Shown here: piece by piece, positions 49,729 to 61,212 of the stretch
Layout of the letters: the number at the start of each line of letters is the position of its first letter
Position numbering within the stretch: the stretch's first letter is position 1
DNA from: an uncultured Trueperaceae bacterium
GTDB lineage: Bacteria > Deinococcota > Deinococci > Deinococcales > Trueperaceae
Direction of reading: 5' to 3'
NCBI GenBank assembly: GCA_963815215.1
Contig: CAWFFU010000008.1
Span: 32,001 to 96,000, forward strand
DNA length: 64,000 nucleotides
Made by a program: the position numbers and the translations under genes
Notes under the pieces: model-generated
What the model saw: the letters and a program-made list of their open reading frames with translations, nothing else
Databases searched by the model: none
What the model was told of the DNA's origin: nothing

Positions 49729-49758
49729 TTGTCGAACGAACGCTCGTTCGCCTATACT
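49729..49758 (+). promoter_or_regulatory. paa promoter with PaaR operator
   Basis: TTGTCG-18 bp-TATACT; CGAACGCTCGTTCG (49737-49750) fits the Thermus PaaR consensus CNAACGNNCGTTNG as recalled. Confidence 0.75.
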
Positions 49759-49764
49759 CCGTGG

Positions 49765-50352
49765 GTGACCCGACGGCAGGAGATCCTGCAGACCGCCGGC
49801 GACCTCTTCCAGCGCAACGGCTATCACGCCACCAGTATGCGCGAGATCGCCCGGAACGTGCAGCTCCAGGGCAGCAGCCTCTACGCCCACATCCAGTCCA
49901 AGGAGGAGCTGCTCCGGAACATCGTCAACGAGGCCGCCGAGACCTTCCTGGCCGCGGCGCGCCAGGTGGACGGGTCGCTCCCGCCGCCCGAGCGCCTGCG
50001 CGGACTGGTGCGCGCCCATCTGGGTGTCATCCGCGACCAGCTTCCGCACGCCACCGTGTTCTTCCACGAGTGGGCGCACCTTCCCCCCGACCTGCAGCGG
50101 GAGCTGATCGAGCGTCGCGACGCCTACCAGGCGATCTTCCGCGACACCGTGGAGGACGGCGCGCGCGACGGCAGCTTCGTGGTCGAGGACGCACCGCTGG
50201 CGACCCTGTTCGTGCTGTCGTCGTTGAACTGGACCTACCAGTGGCTCGACCCGGCCGGCCGGCTGTCGCTCGACGCCCTTGCCGAGCGCTACGCGTCCCT
50301 GCTGCTGGGCGCGCTCGGCGCCGCTCCGGAGGACGGACGGGGACGGCCGTGA
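49765..50352 (+). CDS. paaR: TetR-family repressor (PaaR-like)
   Basis: [26 protein letters not shown]; first gene of paa operon; probably leaderless GTG. Confidence 0.8.
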   Translation: MTRRQEILQTAGDLFQRNGYHATSMREIARNVQLQGSSLYAHIQSKEELLRNIVNEAAETFLAAARQVDGSLPPPERLRGLVRAHLGVIRDQLPHATVFFHEWAHLPPDLQRELIERRDAYQAIFRDTVEDGARDGSFVVEDAPLATLFVLSSLNWTYQWLDPAGRLSLDALAERYASLLLGALGAAPEDGRGRP

Positions 50353-51302
50353 GCCGACGGGCTCCCGCCCCCGACGATGGACAGCGACTCGAGGCGTTCG
50401 AGGCCCGGATCGCGCGCGGCGAGAAGATCGAGCCGGGCGACTGGATGCCGGAGGCCTACCGTCGACAGCTCGTGAGGATGATCAGCCAGCACGCCCACAG
50501 TGAGGTGGTCGGCATGCTCCCCGAGGGCTTCTGGATCACGCGGGCCCCCAGCCTGCGGCGCAAGCTCATCCTCATCGCCAAGGTGCAGGACGAGGCCGGC
50601 CACGGCCAGTACCTCTACCACGCCGCCGAGACCCTGGGCGCTTCCCGCGACGAGCTTCTCGACGCCCTGCTGGCGGGTCGCGCGAAGTACTCCAGTGTCT
50701 TCAACTACCCCACCCTGAGCTGGGCCGACGTCGGAATGATCGGGTGGCTGGTGGACGGCGCGGCCATCCGCAACCAGCTCATGCTGGCACAGTGCTCCTA
50801 CGGCCCGTACTCGCGCGCGATGGTGCGCATCTGCGCCGAGGAGACGTTCCATCACAAGCAGGGCAAGGAGATGGTGCTGACCTACGCTCGGGGCAGCGCC
50901 CGGCAGCGGGCCATGACGCAGGGCGCGCTGGACCGTTGGTGGTGGCCGTCGCTGATGATGCTGGGCCCGCACGACGGCGACTCACCGAACACGCCCCAGC
51001 TCGCCCGTTGGGGGATCAAGACGAAGACCAACGACCAGGTACGGCAGGAGTTCATCGACGAGCACGCTCCCGAGCTGATGGAAGCGGGCCTCGCCCTCCC
51101 CGACCCGGAGCTGGCGTTCGATGCGTCGAGCGGTCACTGGCTACACGGCCCCATCGACTGGGACGAGTTCTGGAGCGTCGTGAAGGGGCACGGGCCGCTC
51201 AACGCCGAGCGCCTCGCCGCACGCCGCAAGGCCCACGAGGACGGCGCCTGGGTGCGCGAGGCGATGGCCGCCCACAGCGCCCGCACGCAGGGGGCCGCCT
51301 GA
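50349..51302 (+). CDS. paaA: phenylacetyl-CoA epoxidase subunit A
   Basis: [38 protein letters not shown]. Confidence 0.95.
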   Translation: MSRRAPAPDDGQRLEAFEARIARGEKIEPGDWMPEAYRRQLVRMISQHAHSEVVGMLPEGFWITRAPSLRRKLILIAKVQDEAGHGQYLYHAAETLGASRDELLDALLAGRAKYSSVFNYPTLSWADVGMIGWLVDGAAIRNQLMLAQCSYGPYSRAMVRICAEETFHHKQGKEMVLTYARGSARQRAMTQGALDRWWWPSLMMLGPHDGDSPNTPQLARWGIKTKTNDQVRQEFIDEHAPELMEAGLALPDPELAFDASSGHWLHGPIDWDEFWSVVKGHGPLNAERLAARRKAHEDGAWVREAMAAHSARTQGAA

Positions 51303-51852
51303 TGGCCGGCCGCGCCCCCCGCGACGGCCAGGGCCCGCGCTGGGAGGTCTTCAAGCAGGACGCCCCCGACAGGCCCCACCAGGCCGTCGGCTCGGTGCAC
51401 GCCGCCGACCCCGAGCACGCGCTGCTGATGGCCCGCAGCGTCCACGCCCGCCGCCCCTCCGCCGTCAGCCTGTGGGTGGCGCCGGCCGACGCCGTCTTCG
51501 CCGTGACCGCGGAGGAGCTACACGCCGCCGCACCCTGGCCGGTCGAGGAGGGCGGCTCTAGCCGCCGCTTCCTGGTGTTCCGCAAGACGAGCCACCGCCG
51601 CGCCATGACCTTCGTCGATCACGTCGGTGCGGTGGATGCGCCGGGTCCGCGCGCGGCCGTCGCGGCCGCGAAGCGTACTTTCCCCGAACCACCGGCCCTG
51701 ACCTGGTGGGTGGTGCCGGCCGACGACGTGGTCGCCAGCCCCGAGAACGAAGCGGACGCCTGGTTCGACCCCGCCCGCGACAAGACCTACAAGCTGCAAT
51801 CGGCCTACGGGCTGCTGGCGCCCGGCAAGCACACGCGCGCGGGGGGCGGCTC

Positions 51853-51856
<4 letters not shown>
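51302..51856 (+). CDS. paaB: phenylacetyl-CoA epoxidase subunit B (tandem-domain form)
   Basis: WEVF..VGSVHAADPEHAL..ARR..SLWV followed by a second degenerate copy (HVGAVDA..WWVVP), then DKTY. Confidence 0.8.
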
Positions 51857-52629
<773 letters not shown>

Positions 52630-52685
52630 CGGCGTCGCCGACATCCGACCTCGGCCAGCACCGGCACCGTAGAGGAGGAACCGGC

Positions 52686-53201
52686 ATGGACCCGGCCCCC
52701 AAGCCCGTCGGCACGAGCGCGTCCCCGACCCCCGAGGCGGTGTGGGCCGCCTTGCAGGACGTGAAGGACCCCGAGATCCCGGTGGTGTCGGTGGTCGAGC
52801 TCGGCATGGTGCGCGCCGTGGAGGTGACGGGCACGCACGTGCGGGTCGACATCACCCCGACCTTCGCGGGTTGCCCCGCCTTCCATGCCATCCGCGAGGC
52901 CGTGAGCGACCGCATCCGGACGCTCGGCGCCGGCGAAGTCGAGGTGCGGCGGCGGCTCGCGCCGGCCTGGAGCTCGGACGACATGAGCGACGCCGCGCGC
53001 ATCAAGCTGCACGCCTTCGGCATCGCTCCCCCACGCGCTCACGGCGGCCTCGTTGTGCCTGAGCTCGAGGCGCCGGTCGCATGCCCGCGCTGCAGCAGCT
53101 TCGATACCGATCTGCGGGGCGCCTTCGGCAGTGCGTTGTGCCGGGAGATCTACACCTGCCGCTCCTGCCAGGAGACCTTCGAGCGCTTCAAGCCGCTGTG
53201 A
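52686..53201 (+). CDS. paaD: phenylacetyl-CoA epoxidase subunit D
   Basis: DPEIPVVSVVELG, TPTFAGCPA, CPRC..C..C ETFERFK. Confidence 0.93.
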   Translation: MDPAPKPVGTSASPTPEAVWAALQDVKDPEIPVVSVVELGMVRAVEVTGTHVRVDITPTFAGCPAFHAIREAVSDRIRTLGAGEVEVRRRLAPAWSSDDMSDAARIKLHAFGIAPPRAHGGLVVPELEAPVACPRCSSFDTDLRGAFGSALCREIYTCRSCQETFERFKPL

Positions 53202-53232
53202 CGCCCGGTCACAGCCCCTCTCACAGCCGCTC

Positions 53233-55356
53233 TCACCGCAGCAACGCCACGATGACCAATGCGAAGCCGCCGGAGCTCACCGCTGCCAGACGCATGGCGG
53301 CGCGGTAGTTGGCGGCGACCTGCGCCTCGTCGAAACGCGCGGCCCACGCGAGCATCCAGCCTCCGACGGCCACGAAGAACAGCGCCACCGCCGCCACCCA
53401 GCCCGGCGCCGCCCGCTGCCACAGCTCTACCAGCATCACGCCGCCGCCGGCGGCGAGCGCTGCCACCGCCAGGCGCAGCGCACGCCGGGGACCGAGCAGC
53501 ACCGGCAGTGTGCGGTCGCCGCGGCGGCGGTCTTCCAGCGTCTGGTAGCTCTGCGTGACCACGTACAGGCCGGTCACGACCAGCGCCGTGCTGAGCATAC
53601 CGATGGCGCCGGTCGCGGACGCCAGCCCCAGAGCCGGCGCCACCGCCAGCCATCCCAGCGCGAAGCCCAGGGCCCCCTGGCCCAGCGCGATGGCCGCCAG
53701 GGCACCTACGGGGTTCGCCTTCAGGCGCACCCACGGGTGCGAGTAGGCGGCGAACACCAGGAACAGCAGCAACCACGCCACCGTGAAGCCGCGCCCTACC
53801 AGCAGCGCCAGCGGCAGGCCGAGCGCCTGCACGGCCAGCGAGAACGGCAGCAGCCCGGGGCTCACCCCGGGCGGCTCCAGCATGCCCCCCACCGGTCCCT
53901 CGTCACGGTCGTAGTAGGAGTTGAAGGCGGTGGTGCCGCCGTAGAGGAAGAGGTGGACGGAGAGGTACCCGAGCCACACGCCTCCGTCCAGCAGGCGGCC
54001 CCCGCCCAGCAGGACGCCCCACAGGTAGATGGGGCTCAAGAGAACGTTGAAGTGGAGCCGGAGATGGCGAACGAACGGGTGCGACCACGGCGCGCTCACA
54101 CGGCGGACTCCGATGGCGGACCGGCATCGAGACCGGCATCGAGACCGGCATCGGCGCTCGAGACCCCGCATCGTGAAGCGCCGCGCGAAGACCCCCGCCA
54201 GGGGGGTGCGGAGCCCCGTCCACACCGCGGCCGCTCGCAGGCTCGGCGCCGGCGACGCCCGGCCGACCCGCAGGTTGAACGCCGCCCGGTGCGCGGCCGT
54301 CCGTGCCGCCGGCAATCGCGCCGCCTCGTAGCCGGCCAGCGCCCGCTGCAGCCCCTCGACCGGTAGCTGGGTCAGGTCCTGGCCGGCGCGGGCGGCCAGC
54401 ACGCGGGCGGCCAGCACACCGGCGTCGAGCCAACCGAGGTTCATCCCCTGACCCCCGAACGGCGGGAGCACGTGCGCAGCGTCCCCCGCCAACGCCACCC
54501 GGCCGGCCACCAGGCGGCGCATCAGCAACGTGCGCACCCCGAAGGCGCTCACCATGCTGCAGCGGTGCGCGTCCAGGCGTTCCCCCACCCGCTCCAGCAC
54601 CCGGTCGGCCAGCCAGCTCGCGGCGCGCCGATCCGTCGCGGCACGGGGTTCCGGGGCGTCGCCGGGTTCCGGGGCGGGCCTGCCGTCGGATGAGACCGCC
54701 ACCACCCAGCGCCGCAGACCGTCCGGCAGGGGGAACGACTCCACCACCCCACCGGCGGTGAGGTAGATGGCAGCGTCAGGCCCCAGCCGCGTTTCGTCCG
54801 GGAAGTCGCCCATCATGAAGCGATCGGGGTAGCGGCGCTCCTCGAAGGGAAGCTCGAGCCAGCCGCGAACGGCACTGTCGTGCCCGTCGCAACCGACCAC
54901 CAGGGCGGCCTCTAGGCCACCGCCGTCGGCGAACTGCAGGCGCACGCTCGCCTCGGCACGCTCCAGCGCCACCACCTCCACCCCCCGACACAGCTCCACG
55001 CTCGGATGGGAGGCCAGGCGTCTCTCCAGCAGGCGCTCGCTCTCGGCCTGGGGCAGGGTCAGCACGAAGCGGTAGGGAGGTGGGCAGCTCCGGAACGACA
55101 GCGTGCCCAGGCGGGTGCGGCCGGCGTAGGCATGCCCCCGCTCGACGCACACGCCGCGCGTCACGAACGACTCGGCCAGGCCCAGGCGAGCGGCGATCTC
55201 CAGGGCCGGGGGGTGCACCCCGATCGAGCGCGAGTGGGTGGACCGTTGCCGTCGGCGCTCGAGCACCGCCACCCGCACGCCCTGGTCGGCCAGCAGGCAG
55301 CCGAGCAGCAGCCCGACCGGGCCGCCACCGACCACGGCGACCTCGACGCGACTCAC
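53233..55356 (-). CDS. FAD-dependent monooxygenase fused in frame to UbiA-family prenyltransferase
   Basis: GGGPVG, GCDG, GDAAH..PFGGQGMN in N-half; NSYYDRDEG and EDRRRGDRT plus many TM segments in C-half; possible internal GTG at 54099. Confidence 0.8.
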   Translation of the reverse strand: MSRVEVAVVGGGPVGLLLGCLLADQGVRVAVLERRRQRSTHSRSIGVHPPALEIAARLGLAESFVTRGVCVERGHAYAGRTRLGTLSFRSCPPPYRFVLTLPQAESERLLERRLASHPSVELCRGVEVVALERAEASVRLQFADGGGLEAALVVGCDGHDSAVRGWLELPFEERRYPDRFMMGDFPDETRLGPDAAIYLTAGGVVESFPLPDGLRRWVVAVSSDGRPAPEPGDAPEPRAATDRRAASWLADRVLERVGERLDAHRCSMVSAFGVRTLLMRRLVAGRVALAGDAAHVLPPFGGQGMNLGWLDAGVLAARVLAARAGQDLTQLPVEGLQRALAGYEAARLPAARTAAHRAAFNLRVGRASPAPSLRAAAVWTGLRTPLAGVFARRFTMRGLERRCRSRCRSRCRSAIGVRRVSAPWSHPFVRHLRLHFNVLLSPIYLWGVLLGGGRLLDGGVWLGYLSVHLFLYGGTTAFNSYYDRDEGPVGGMLEPPGVSPGLLPFSLAVQALGLPLALLVGRGFTVAWLLLFLVFAAYSHPWVRLKANPVGALAAIALGQGALGFALGWLAVAPALGLASATGAIGMLSTALVVTGLYVVTQSYQTLEDRRRGDRTLPVLLGPRRALRLAVAALAAGGGVMLVELWQRAAPGWVAAVALFFVAVGGWMLAWAARFDEAQVAANYRAAMRLAAVSSGGFALVIVALLR
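54119..54154. repeat. 12-bp tandem repeat (GACCGGCATCGA) x3 at the fusion junction
   Basis: directly visible; encodes RCRS repeats. Confidence 0.85.
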
Positions 55357-56057
55357 CCCCGCGCCTCCGCCTCGCGCCGCTCGAACGCCAGCAGCGCACG
55401 GAACGGCGGCATGCGCTGCACCCGCCAGCCCTCGGGCGCCAGGGCGCGCAGCTCGTCAGGCCGGTAGGCACGGCGGATCGAGCGCAGACCGTCGGGCACG
55501 ATGAACGATCCGCGGAACAACGGCCGCAGCGGCGCGAACGCCAGCAGCGCCAGCGCGTTGCGCCGCAGGTCGTTGTGGAGCGCCGCGACACGGGCCAGGC
55601 TCGCCGTGGCAGCGAGGAAGGCGGGCACCTCCGCCTCGCTGAGGTGGTGCAGCACGTGGTTGGAGATCACGAAGTCGTAGCGCTCCCCGTCGGCGAGAAG
55701 GTCTTCCACGGCGGCCTGGCGGTAGCACACCTGCGGGTTCGACCCGTGCGCCCGGGCGAACGCCAACGCGCGGGCGTCGGGGTCGACGGCGGTGATCGCC
55801 AGCGGGACTCCCGCCGCCGCCGACCACGTCGCGAGGTTGCGCGCGACGTCGCCGCCGCCGCAACCGACGTCGAGCAACGTCGCGCCGGGCCGCGCGCGGG
55901 GCTCGAGCCAGCGCTCGAACACGCCGCGCCAGCCCGCCAGCCAGCGGTTGACCACGGCGAACTGGGCGTAGGTGGCGCTCAACCGCTCGCCGTCACAGCC
56001 CGGATCGTCCATGGCCTCGCGCAGGTCCGTGGCGCGGCGCCGGAGCAACAGGCTCAT
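55353..56057 (-). CDS. class I SAM-dependent methyltransferase
   Basis: [34 protein letters not shown]. Confidence 0.9.
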   Translation of the reverse strand: MSLLLRRRATDLREAMDDPGCDGERLSATYAQFAVVNRWLAGWRGVFERWLEPRARPGATLLDVGCGGGDVARNLATWSAAAGVPLAITAVDPDARALAFARAHGSNPQVCYRQAAVEDLLADGERYDFVISNHVLHHLSEAEVPAFLAATASLARVAALHNDLRRNALALLAFAPLRPLFRGSFIVPDGLRSIRRAYRPDELRALAPEGWRVQRMPPFRALLAFERREAEARG

Positions 56058-57151
56058 GCCGCGCTCAACACCCCCGCGTCGACCGTCAGCCCGGGGCCGA
56101 ACGCCATGGCAACGACCGGCTCGCCAGGCTCGAGCCCGTCCTCCAGGATCCTCTGCAGCACGAACAGCACGGTCGCGCTCGACATGTTGCCGTAACGCGC
56201 CAGCACCGCACGCGAGGCTTCCAGCGCCGCCGGGGGCAGTGCCAGGCCGCTCTCGACGCGGTCGAGGATGGCGCGTCCGCCCGGGTGCACCGCCCAGCGT
56301 CGTACGTCCTCTCGGCGCGTGCCGGCTGCCCGAAGAAGTGGCTCCACGGCCTCCTGCGCACGCGCCCCCACGATCCTGGGCACGTAGCTGGAGAGCACCA
56401 TCTCGAAGCCGGTGTCGCCGATGGTCCAGGCCATCGCGTCGGCGCCTTCCGGCGCGACACCCGAGGAGAAGTGGTCCAGGCGCAGGCCCCCCGCCTCCGG
56501 CCGCCGCGCGCTCACCACCGTGGCGGCGCCACCGTCGGCGAACACCGAGCCCGCCACGAGCGCGTCGAGCTCGCAGCTCGGCTGCAGGTGGAGCGAGCAC
56601 AGCTCCACCGCCGCCACCAGCACCACCGCGTCGGGGTCGGCGCGGCAGAAGGCCTCGGCCATGCGCAGCGCCGGGAAGGCGGCGTAGCAGCCCATGAAGC
56701 CCAGGTGGTAGCGCTCCGTGGAGGGCGCCAGCCCCAGCTCGCGCACCACGGCGAGGTCCGGGCCCGGCGCCACGAACCCTGTGCAGGACACGGTGATGAC
56801 GTGGGTGACATCCGCGGCGTCGAACCCGTCGGCGCGCTCGAGGGCGCGGCGCGCGACCCGCGGGAAGAGCGCCATCGCTTCGCGTGCGTACACGGCGTTG
56901 CGCTCGGCCGTGCCCGGGCTCCGGAACGCGCCGCTGGCGGCGTCGCGGTAGAAGCCGCGCGCGCCGTCCGGCGCGAAATCGCCCACCACGCTGTGGCGGG
57001 TGTCGATGCCGGAGTGCTGGTAGATGCGGTGGAGCAAGTGGTCGGTGCGGCGATCGCCGCCCACCCACGCCTTCATCACGTCGCGCGCGACGGTCTGGTC
57101 GTAGGCCGTCTCGGGCACGGCCGATGCAACACCGTGCAGGTATGCGGACAT
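56054..57151 (-). CDS. type III polyketide synthase
   Basis: catalytic triad GFMGCYA / VHPGG / GNMSS; AFGPGLT. Confidence 0.95.
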   Translation of the reverse strand: MSAYLHGVASAVPETAYDQTVARDVMKAWVGGDRRTDHLLHRIYQHSGIDTRHSVVGDFAPDGARGFYRDAASGAFRSPGTAERNAVYAREAMALFPRVARRALERADGFDAADVTHVITVSCTGFVAPGPDLAVVRELGLAPSTERYHLGFMGCYAAFPALRMAEAFCRADPDAVVLVAAVELCSLHLQPSCELDALVAGSVFADGGAATVVSARRPEAGGLRLDHFSSGVAPEGADAMAWTIGDTGFEMVLSSYVPRIVGARAQEAVEPLLRAAGTRREDVRRWAVHPGGRAILDRVESGLALPPAALEASRAVLARYGNMSSATVLFVLQRILEDGLEPGEPVVAMAFGPGLTVDAGVLSAA

Positions 57152-57255
57152 GGGTCATTATGCAGGCCGTCGCGTCGGGCGACGGTAGGCCGGCACCCAG
57201 GCCCGCGGGCGGCGCGCTTTCAGACCTTTCATGTGCGCCCTGACAAGATGGCTGC

Positions 57256-58404
57256 ATGGTCCAGCCGATCCTCCCCCCACACGCAACCCGCCGGCGGGCC
57301 GTCCTGCTGCTGGCCGCTGCCATGCTGGCGCTGGCGACGGCCGGCGCCGCCCTGGCACAGGACGCCGGCTCCGCCTCCACCCCGTTCGTCGACAAGCAGG
57401 GGCTCGATCTGGCGGAGAAACGTGTCATCAACGTCTACAACCGGGTCGCGCCGTCGGTGGTCAACATCACCACCCAGGTGCTCCAGCCCAGCTTCTTCTA
57501 CGGCTCGGTCCCCGCGCAGGGCGCCGGCTCCGGCTTCGTCATCGATACCGACGGCCACATCCTGACCAACTACCACGTCATCGAGAACGCACAACGCATC
57601 GACGTCGCCTTCGGCAACGGCACCACGCTGAAGGCGACGCTGGTCGGCAGCGACGCCCGCAACGACATGGCGGTGCTCAAGGTCGACGCCCCCAAGAGTC
57701 TGCTCAAGCCCGTCACCTTCGGTGACTCCGAGCACCTGCAGGTGGGGCAGCGCGCTATCGCCATCGGCAACCCGTTCGGCGAGTTCGGCCGCACCCTGAC
57801 CACCGGCGTGGTCAGCGCCCTGAACCGCTCCATCCAGGGCCCCTCCGGCCTCCCCATCACCGGCATCATCCAGACCGACGCCGCCATCAACAAGGGCAAC
57901 TCGGGCGGACCGCTGCTCGACAGCGCTGGACGCGTGATCGGCATCACCAGCGCCATCTTCAGCCCGTCGGGGACCAACGCCGGGGTGGGCTTCGCGTTGC
58001 CGATCGCCACGGTCAAGCGGGTGCTGCCGTCGCTGCTGAAGAGCGGCTCCTACCCCCACCCCTACCTGGGCGTGAAGTACGCCCACACCCTGACGCCGGC
58101 GCTGTCTCGTGCGCTGGGGTTGAAGAGCGACCACGGCCTGTTGCTGGTGCAACTCGTCTCCGGCAGCCCGCTCGATCGGGCCGGCCTGCAGGGCGCACAG
58201 CAACAGCAGGTGGTGGGCAACCGCTTGTTCTACGTCGGCGGCGATGTGCTGCTGGCGGTCGACAGCCACACGGTCCGGAATCTGGGCGACCTCAAGGCTT
58301 ACCTCGAGAACCACTATCGCGTGGGCGACAAGGTGAGCGTGACCTACTCACGCGCGGGCCAGCAGAAGCAGGTGACGCTCACGCTGGCGCGCGAGCCGCA
58401 GTAG
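57256..58404 (+). CDS. HtrA/DegP-like serine protease with PDZ domain
   Basis: signal peptide, GSGF, TNYHV, QTDAAINKGNSGGPL. Confidence 0.93.
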   Translation: MVQPILPPHATRRRAVLLLAAAMLALATAGAALAQDAGSASTPFVDKQGLDLAEKRVINVYNRVAPSVVNITTQVLQPSFFYGSVPAQGAGSGFVIDTDGHILTNYHVIENAQRIDVAFGNGTTLKATLVGSDARNDMAVLKVDAPKSLLKPVTFGDSEHLQVGQRAIAIGNPFGEFGRTLTTGVVSALNRSIQGPSGLPITGIIQTDAAINKGNSGGPLLDSAGRVIGITSAIFSPSGTNAGVGFALPIATVKRVLPSLLKSGSYPHPYLGVKYAHTLTPALSRALGLKSDHGLLLVQLVSGSPLDRAGLQGAQQQQVVGNRLFYVGGDVLLAVDSHTVRNLGDLKAYLENHYRVGDKVSVTYSRAGQQKQVTLTLAREPQ

Positions 58405-58480
58405 CGGCAGGCGCCCGCCGCAACGGTGCGGGGCGCTGCCTGCGCCCCGCACCTCACGACGCCATGGCGTCGGCGTCAAG

Positions 58481-60226
58481 CTAGAAGGGGTAGCCGTCCG
58501 CCGCCAGCACCGCCTGGGCCGCGTCGCGTCGCAGCGCGATGAGGTCGACGCCGTGGTCAGCCAGGTAGTTGGCTGCGCTGCCCTGCGCCTGCGCCCCTCC
58601 CGGGATGCGCCGCAACGCCTCGGCGGCGAGCGGACGCGCGCGATCGACGGCGGCCAAGGCGTAGAGCCTCGCAAGCAACGCGGCGCGCTCGCCGGCCTCG
58701 CCGCCGAGTAGACGTTCGGCGCGCAGCAGCGCCGAGTCGGCCAGGTAGACCAGACCCACCATGTCCGCGGCGTGGCCCATCAGCTCCTGCTCGTGCTCGA
58801 GCTTCTGGGCGTAGGCCATCGCGCCCATGCCGGCCACCAGCAGGGTGGCGCGTTTGAGGTTCTCGACCGCCACCACTGCGTCGGCCAGCGCCTCCGGCGC
58901 GTCGACCTCCGCCACGGGCTCACCTTGCAGCGCGGCCTGCGCCGGTCCCAGCAGGTCGACCGCGCCGCGCATGGCGCGCTTGAGGAGCTGCTCGACGGTC
59001 AGCAAGCGGTTGATCTCATTGGTGCCCTCGAAGATGCGGTTGATGCGGCTGTTGCGGTACGCGAGCTCGACCGGGTAGTCGGCCGAGAAGCCGTAGCCGC
59101 CGTACACCTGTAGTGTTTCGTCCACCACCATGTCGAGGATCTCGCTACCGAACACCTTGATGAACGAGTACTCGACCACGTACTCGTTGAGCGCCCGTGA
59201 CTGCTCGGGGCCTTCGGGAACGCCATCGAGCACCGTGTCCATATCCCCGGCGAGGCGGTAGACGGCGCTCTCGAGCGCGAACGCTTCGGCCGCCATCCGC
59301 CCGAGCTTGTCCTGGATGAGCCCGAAGCTGGCGATCGGCACGCCGAACTGGTGGCGCTCCTGGGCGTATCCGCTGGCGAGCCCGATGAGCTGCTTGACGC
59401 CGCCCACCGCACCCACCGCGAGCTTGTAGCGGCCGATGTTGAGGGTGCCCAGCGCGATGTGCGCGCCCTTGCCGACCTCGCCGAGGAGGTTCTCCACGGG
59501 CACGCGCACGTTCTCGAGGATCACCTGGCGCGTCGAGGACCCCTTGATCCCCATCTTCTTCTCTTCGGCCCCGAAACTGAGGCCCGGCGACGCGCGCTCG
59601 ACCAGGAAGGCGCTGAACTTGTCGCCGTCGATCTGCGCGAAGACCGTGAAGAGGTCGGCGAAGCCGGCGTTGGAGATCCACATCTTGGTGCCGTTCAGGA
59701 CGTAGGCGTCGCCATCGAGCACCGCACGCGTGCGGGCGGCCAGCGAGTCGGAGCCGCTGCCCGGCTCCGTGAGGCAGTACGCGGCGATCCACTCGCCGCT
59801 GGCCAGCTTGGGCAGGTAGCGCCGCTTCTGCTCGTCGGTACCGAAGTAGACCAGCGGCAGCGTGCCGATGCCGCTGTGGGCGTTGAAGGTGACGTTGAAC
59901 GAGCCCGAGCGCGCCAGCGCCTCGGTCACGACCGCCGACGCCGCCTTGCTGGCGCCCAGGCCGCCGTACGCCTCGGGGATCTCCACGGCCAGCAGGCCCT
60001 GCTCCCCGGCCCGGCTCATCGCCTTGCGACTGAGCTCGTAGGAGAGGTGCTCGAGCTCGTCGAAGACGGGGTCGATCTCCCGCTCCACGAAGGTTCGGGC
60101 CGTGGCGCGCATGAGCTTGAGTTCGTCGTCGAGCGCCTCGGGGATGAGGACGTTCTCGGCGGGCGTGCGTTCGATCAGGAAAGCGGAGCCGGTGGCGGCG
60201 CGAACTCGTTCGTCGGACACGGACAT
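58481..60226 (-). CDS. acyl-CoA dehydrogenase (long FadE type)
   Basis: AYCLTEPGSGSD, NGTKMWISN, KMGIKGSST, GGYGF, RINRIFEGTNEINR. Confidence 0.95.
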   Translation of the reverse strand: MSVSDERVRAATGSAFLIERTPAENVLIPEALDDELKLMRATARTFVEREIDPVFDELEHLSYELSRKAMSRAGEQGLLAVEIPEAYGGLGASKAASAVVTEALARSGSFNVTFNAHSGIGTLPLVYFGTDEQKRRYLPKLASGEWIAAYCLTEPGSGSDSLAARTRAVLDGDAYVLNGTKMWISNAGFADLFTVFAQIDGDKFSAFLVERASPGLSFGAEEKKMGIKGSSTRQVILENVRVPVENLLGEVGKGAHIALGTLNIGRYKLAVGAVGGVKQLIGLASGYAQERHQFGVPIASFGLIQDKLGRMAAEAFALESAVYRLAGDMDTVLDGVPEGPEQSRALNEYVVEYSFIKVFGSEILDMVVDETLQVYGGYGFSADYPVELAYRNSRINRIFEGTNEINRLLTVEQLLKRAMRGAVDLLGPAQAALQGEPVAEVDAPEALADAVVAVENLKRATLLVAGMGAMAYAQKLEHEQELMGHAADMVGLVYLADSALLRAERLLGGEAGERAALLARLYALAAVDRARPLAAEALRRIPGGAQAQGSAANYLADHGVDLIALRRDAAQAVLAADGYPF

Positions 60227-60399
60227 GCGGGGCCTCCTCACGGACCCGATCGAGGGCCCGGGCGGCGCTGGAGCGCGCGAACGCGTCCCCGGCGGCATCG
60301 ATGTCCGGAGTATAGCCATCCCCTTGTACTCGGTACAAGTTGGTGACGGCGTCGCGGTACAAGGCGCCCAGGTACACGCCACCGGGCGCGTTCCTGTCT

Positions 60400-61161
60400 C
60401 TAGAACAGGGCCTCGACCACGCCTCCGTCCACTACCAGCGTCTGCCCCGTCATGTAGCCCGCCTGTTGCGAAGCCAGGTACGTCACCGCCGCCGCGATCT
60501 CGGCAGGCTCCGCCAGGCGCCTGGCCGGGATGCGGTCCACCAGCGCCTGCTTGGCCTGCTCGTTCTCGAACAGGTCGTCGAGGCGGGCCGTAGCGGTGTA
60601 GCCGGGCGCGACGTTGTTGACCGTGACGCCGTCCGCGGCGATCTCCTCCGAGAGCGTCTTGGCGAAGGCGGTCACCCCGGAGCGCAGCGCATTGGACAGC
60701 GCGAGCGTCAAGAGGGGCTGCTTGACCACGAAGGACGTGATGTTCACGATCCTGCCCCAGCGCTGGCGCCGCATGGCCGGCAACACCTCGCGCACCAGGC
60801 GCACCGACGACATCAAGGTGAGCTCGACGGCGCGAGCCCAGGCCTCCTCGTCGAGCGCGGTTGGCATCCCCGCGGGTGGGCCACCGGCATTGGCGACCAG
60901 CACCAGCGGATCCCCGACCAGGCGCCGGGTCTCCGCGACGATCCACTCGACCTCCGACAGACGGCTTACGTCTCCCGGCACCGCCACGGCCTCGCCCCCG
61001 GCCTGCTGGATGCGGTCCACGGCAAGGTCCAAGGCCGCACCGTCCCGCGCCACCAGGACCACTGTGGCGCCCTCGCCCGCCAACGCTTCGGCCACGGCGA
61101 GGCCGATCCCTTTCGACGCTCCCGTCACCAACGCGATCTTGCCCTTCAGTCCGAAATCCAT
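60400..61161 (-). CDS. SDR family oxidoreductase
   Basis: TGASKGIG, NAGGPP, LSNALR; TACAAT -10 sits 5 nt before ATG. Confidence 0.92.
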   Translation of the reverse strand: MDFGLKGKIALVTGASKGIGLAVAEALAGEGATVVLVARDGAALDLAVDRIQQAGGEAVAVPGDVSRLSEVEWIVAETRRLVGDPLVLVANAGGPPAGMPTALDEEAWARAVELTLMSSVRLVREVLPAMRRQRWGRIVNITSFVVKQPLLTLALSNALRSGVTAFAKTLSEEIAADGVTVNNVAPGYTATARLDDLFENEQAKQALVDRIPARRLAEPAEIAAAVTYLASQQAGYMTGQTLVVDGGVVEALF

Positions 61162-61212
61162 GCGGCATTGTAAGCGCCCGCCGGAGGCGCCGAAGGGGAA
61201 CCCACGCACGTG

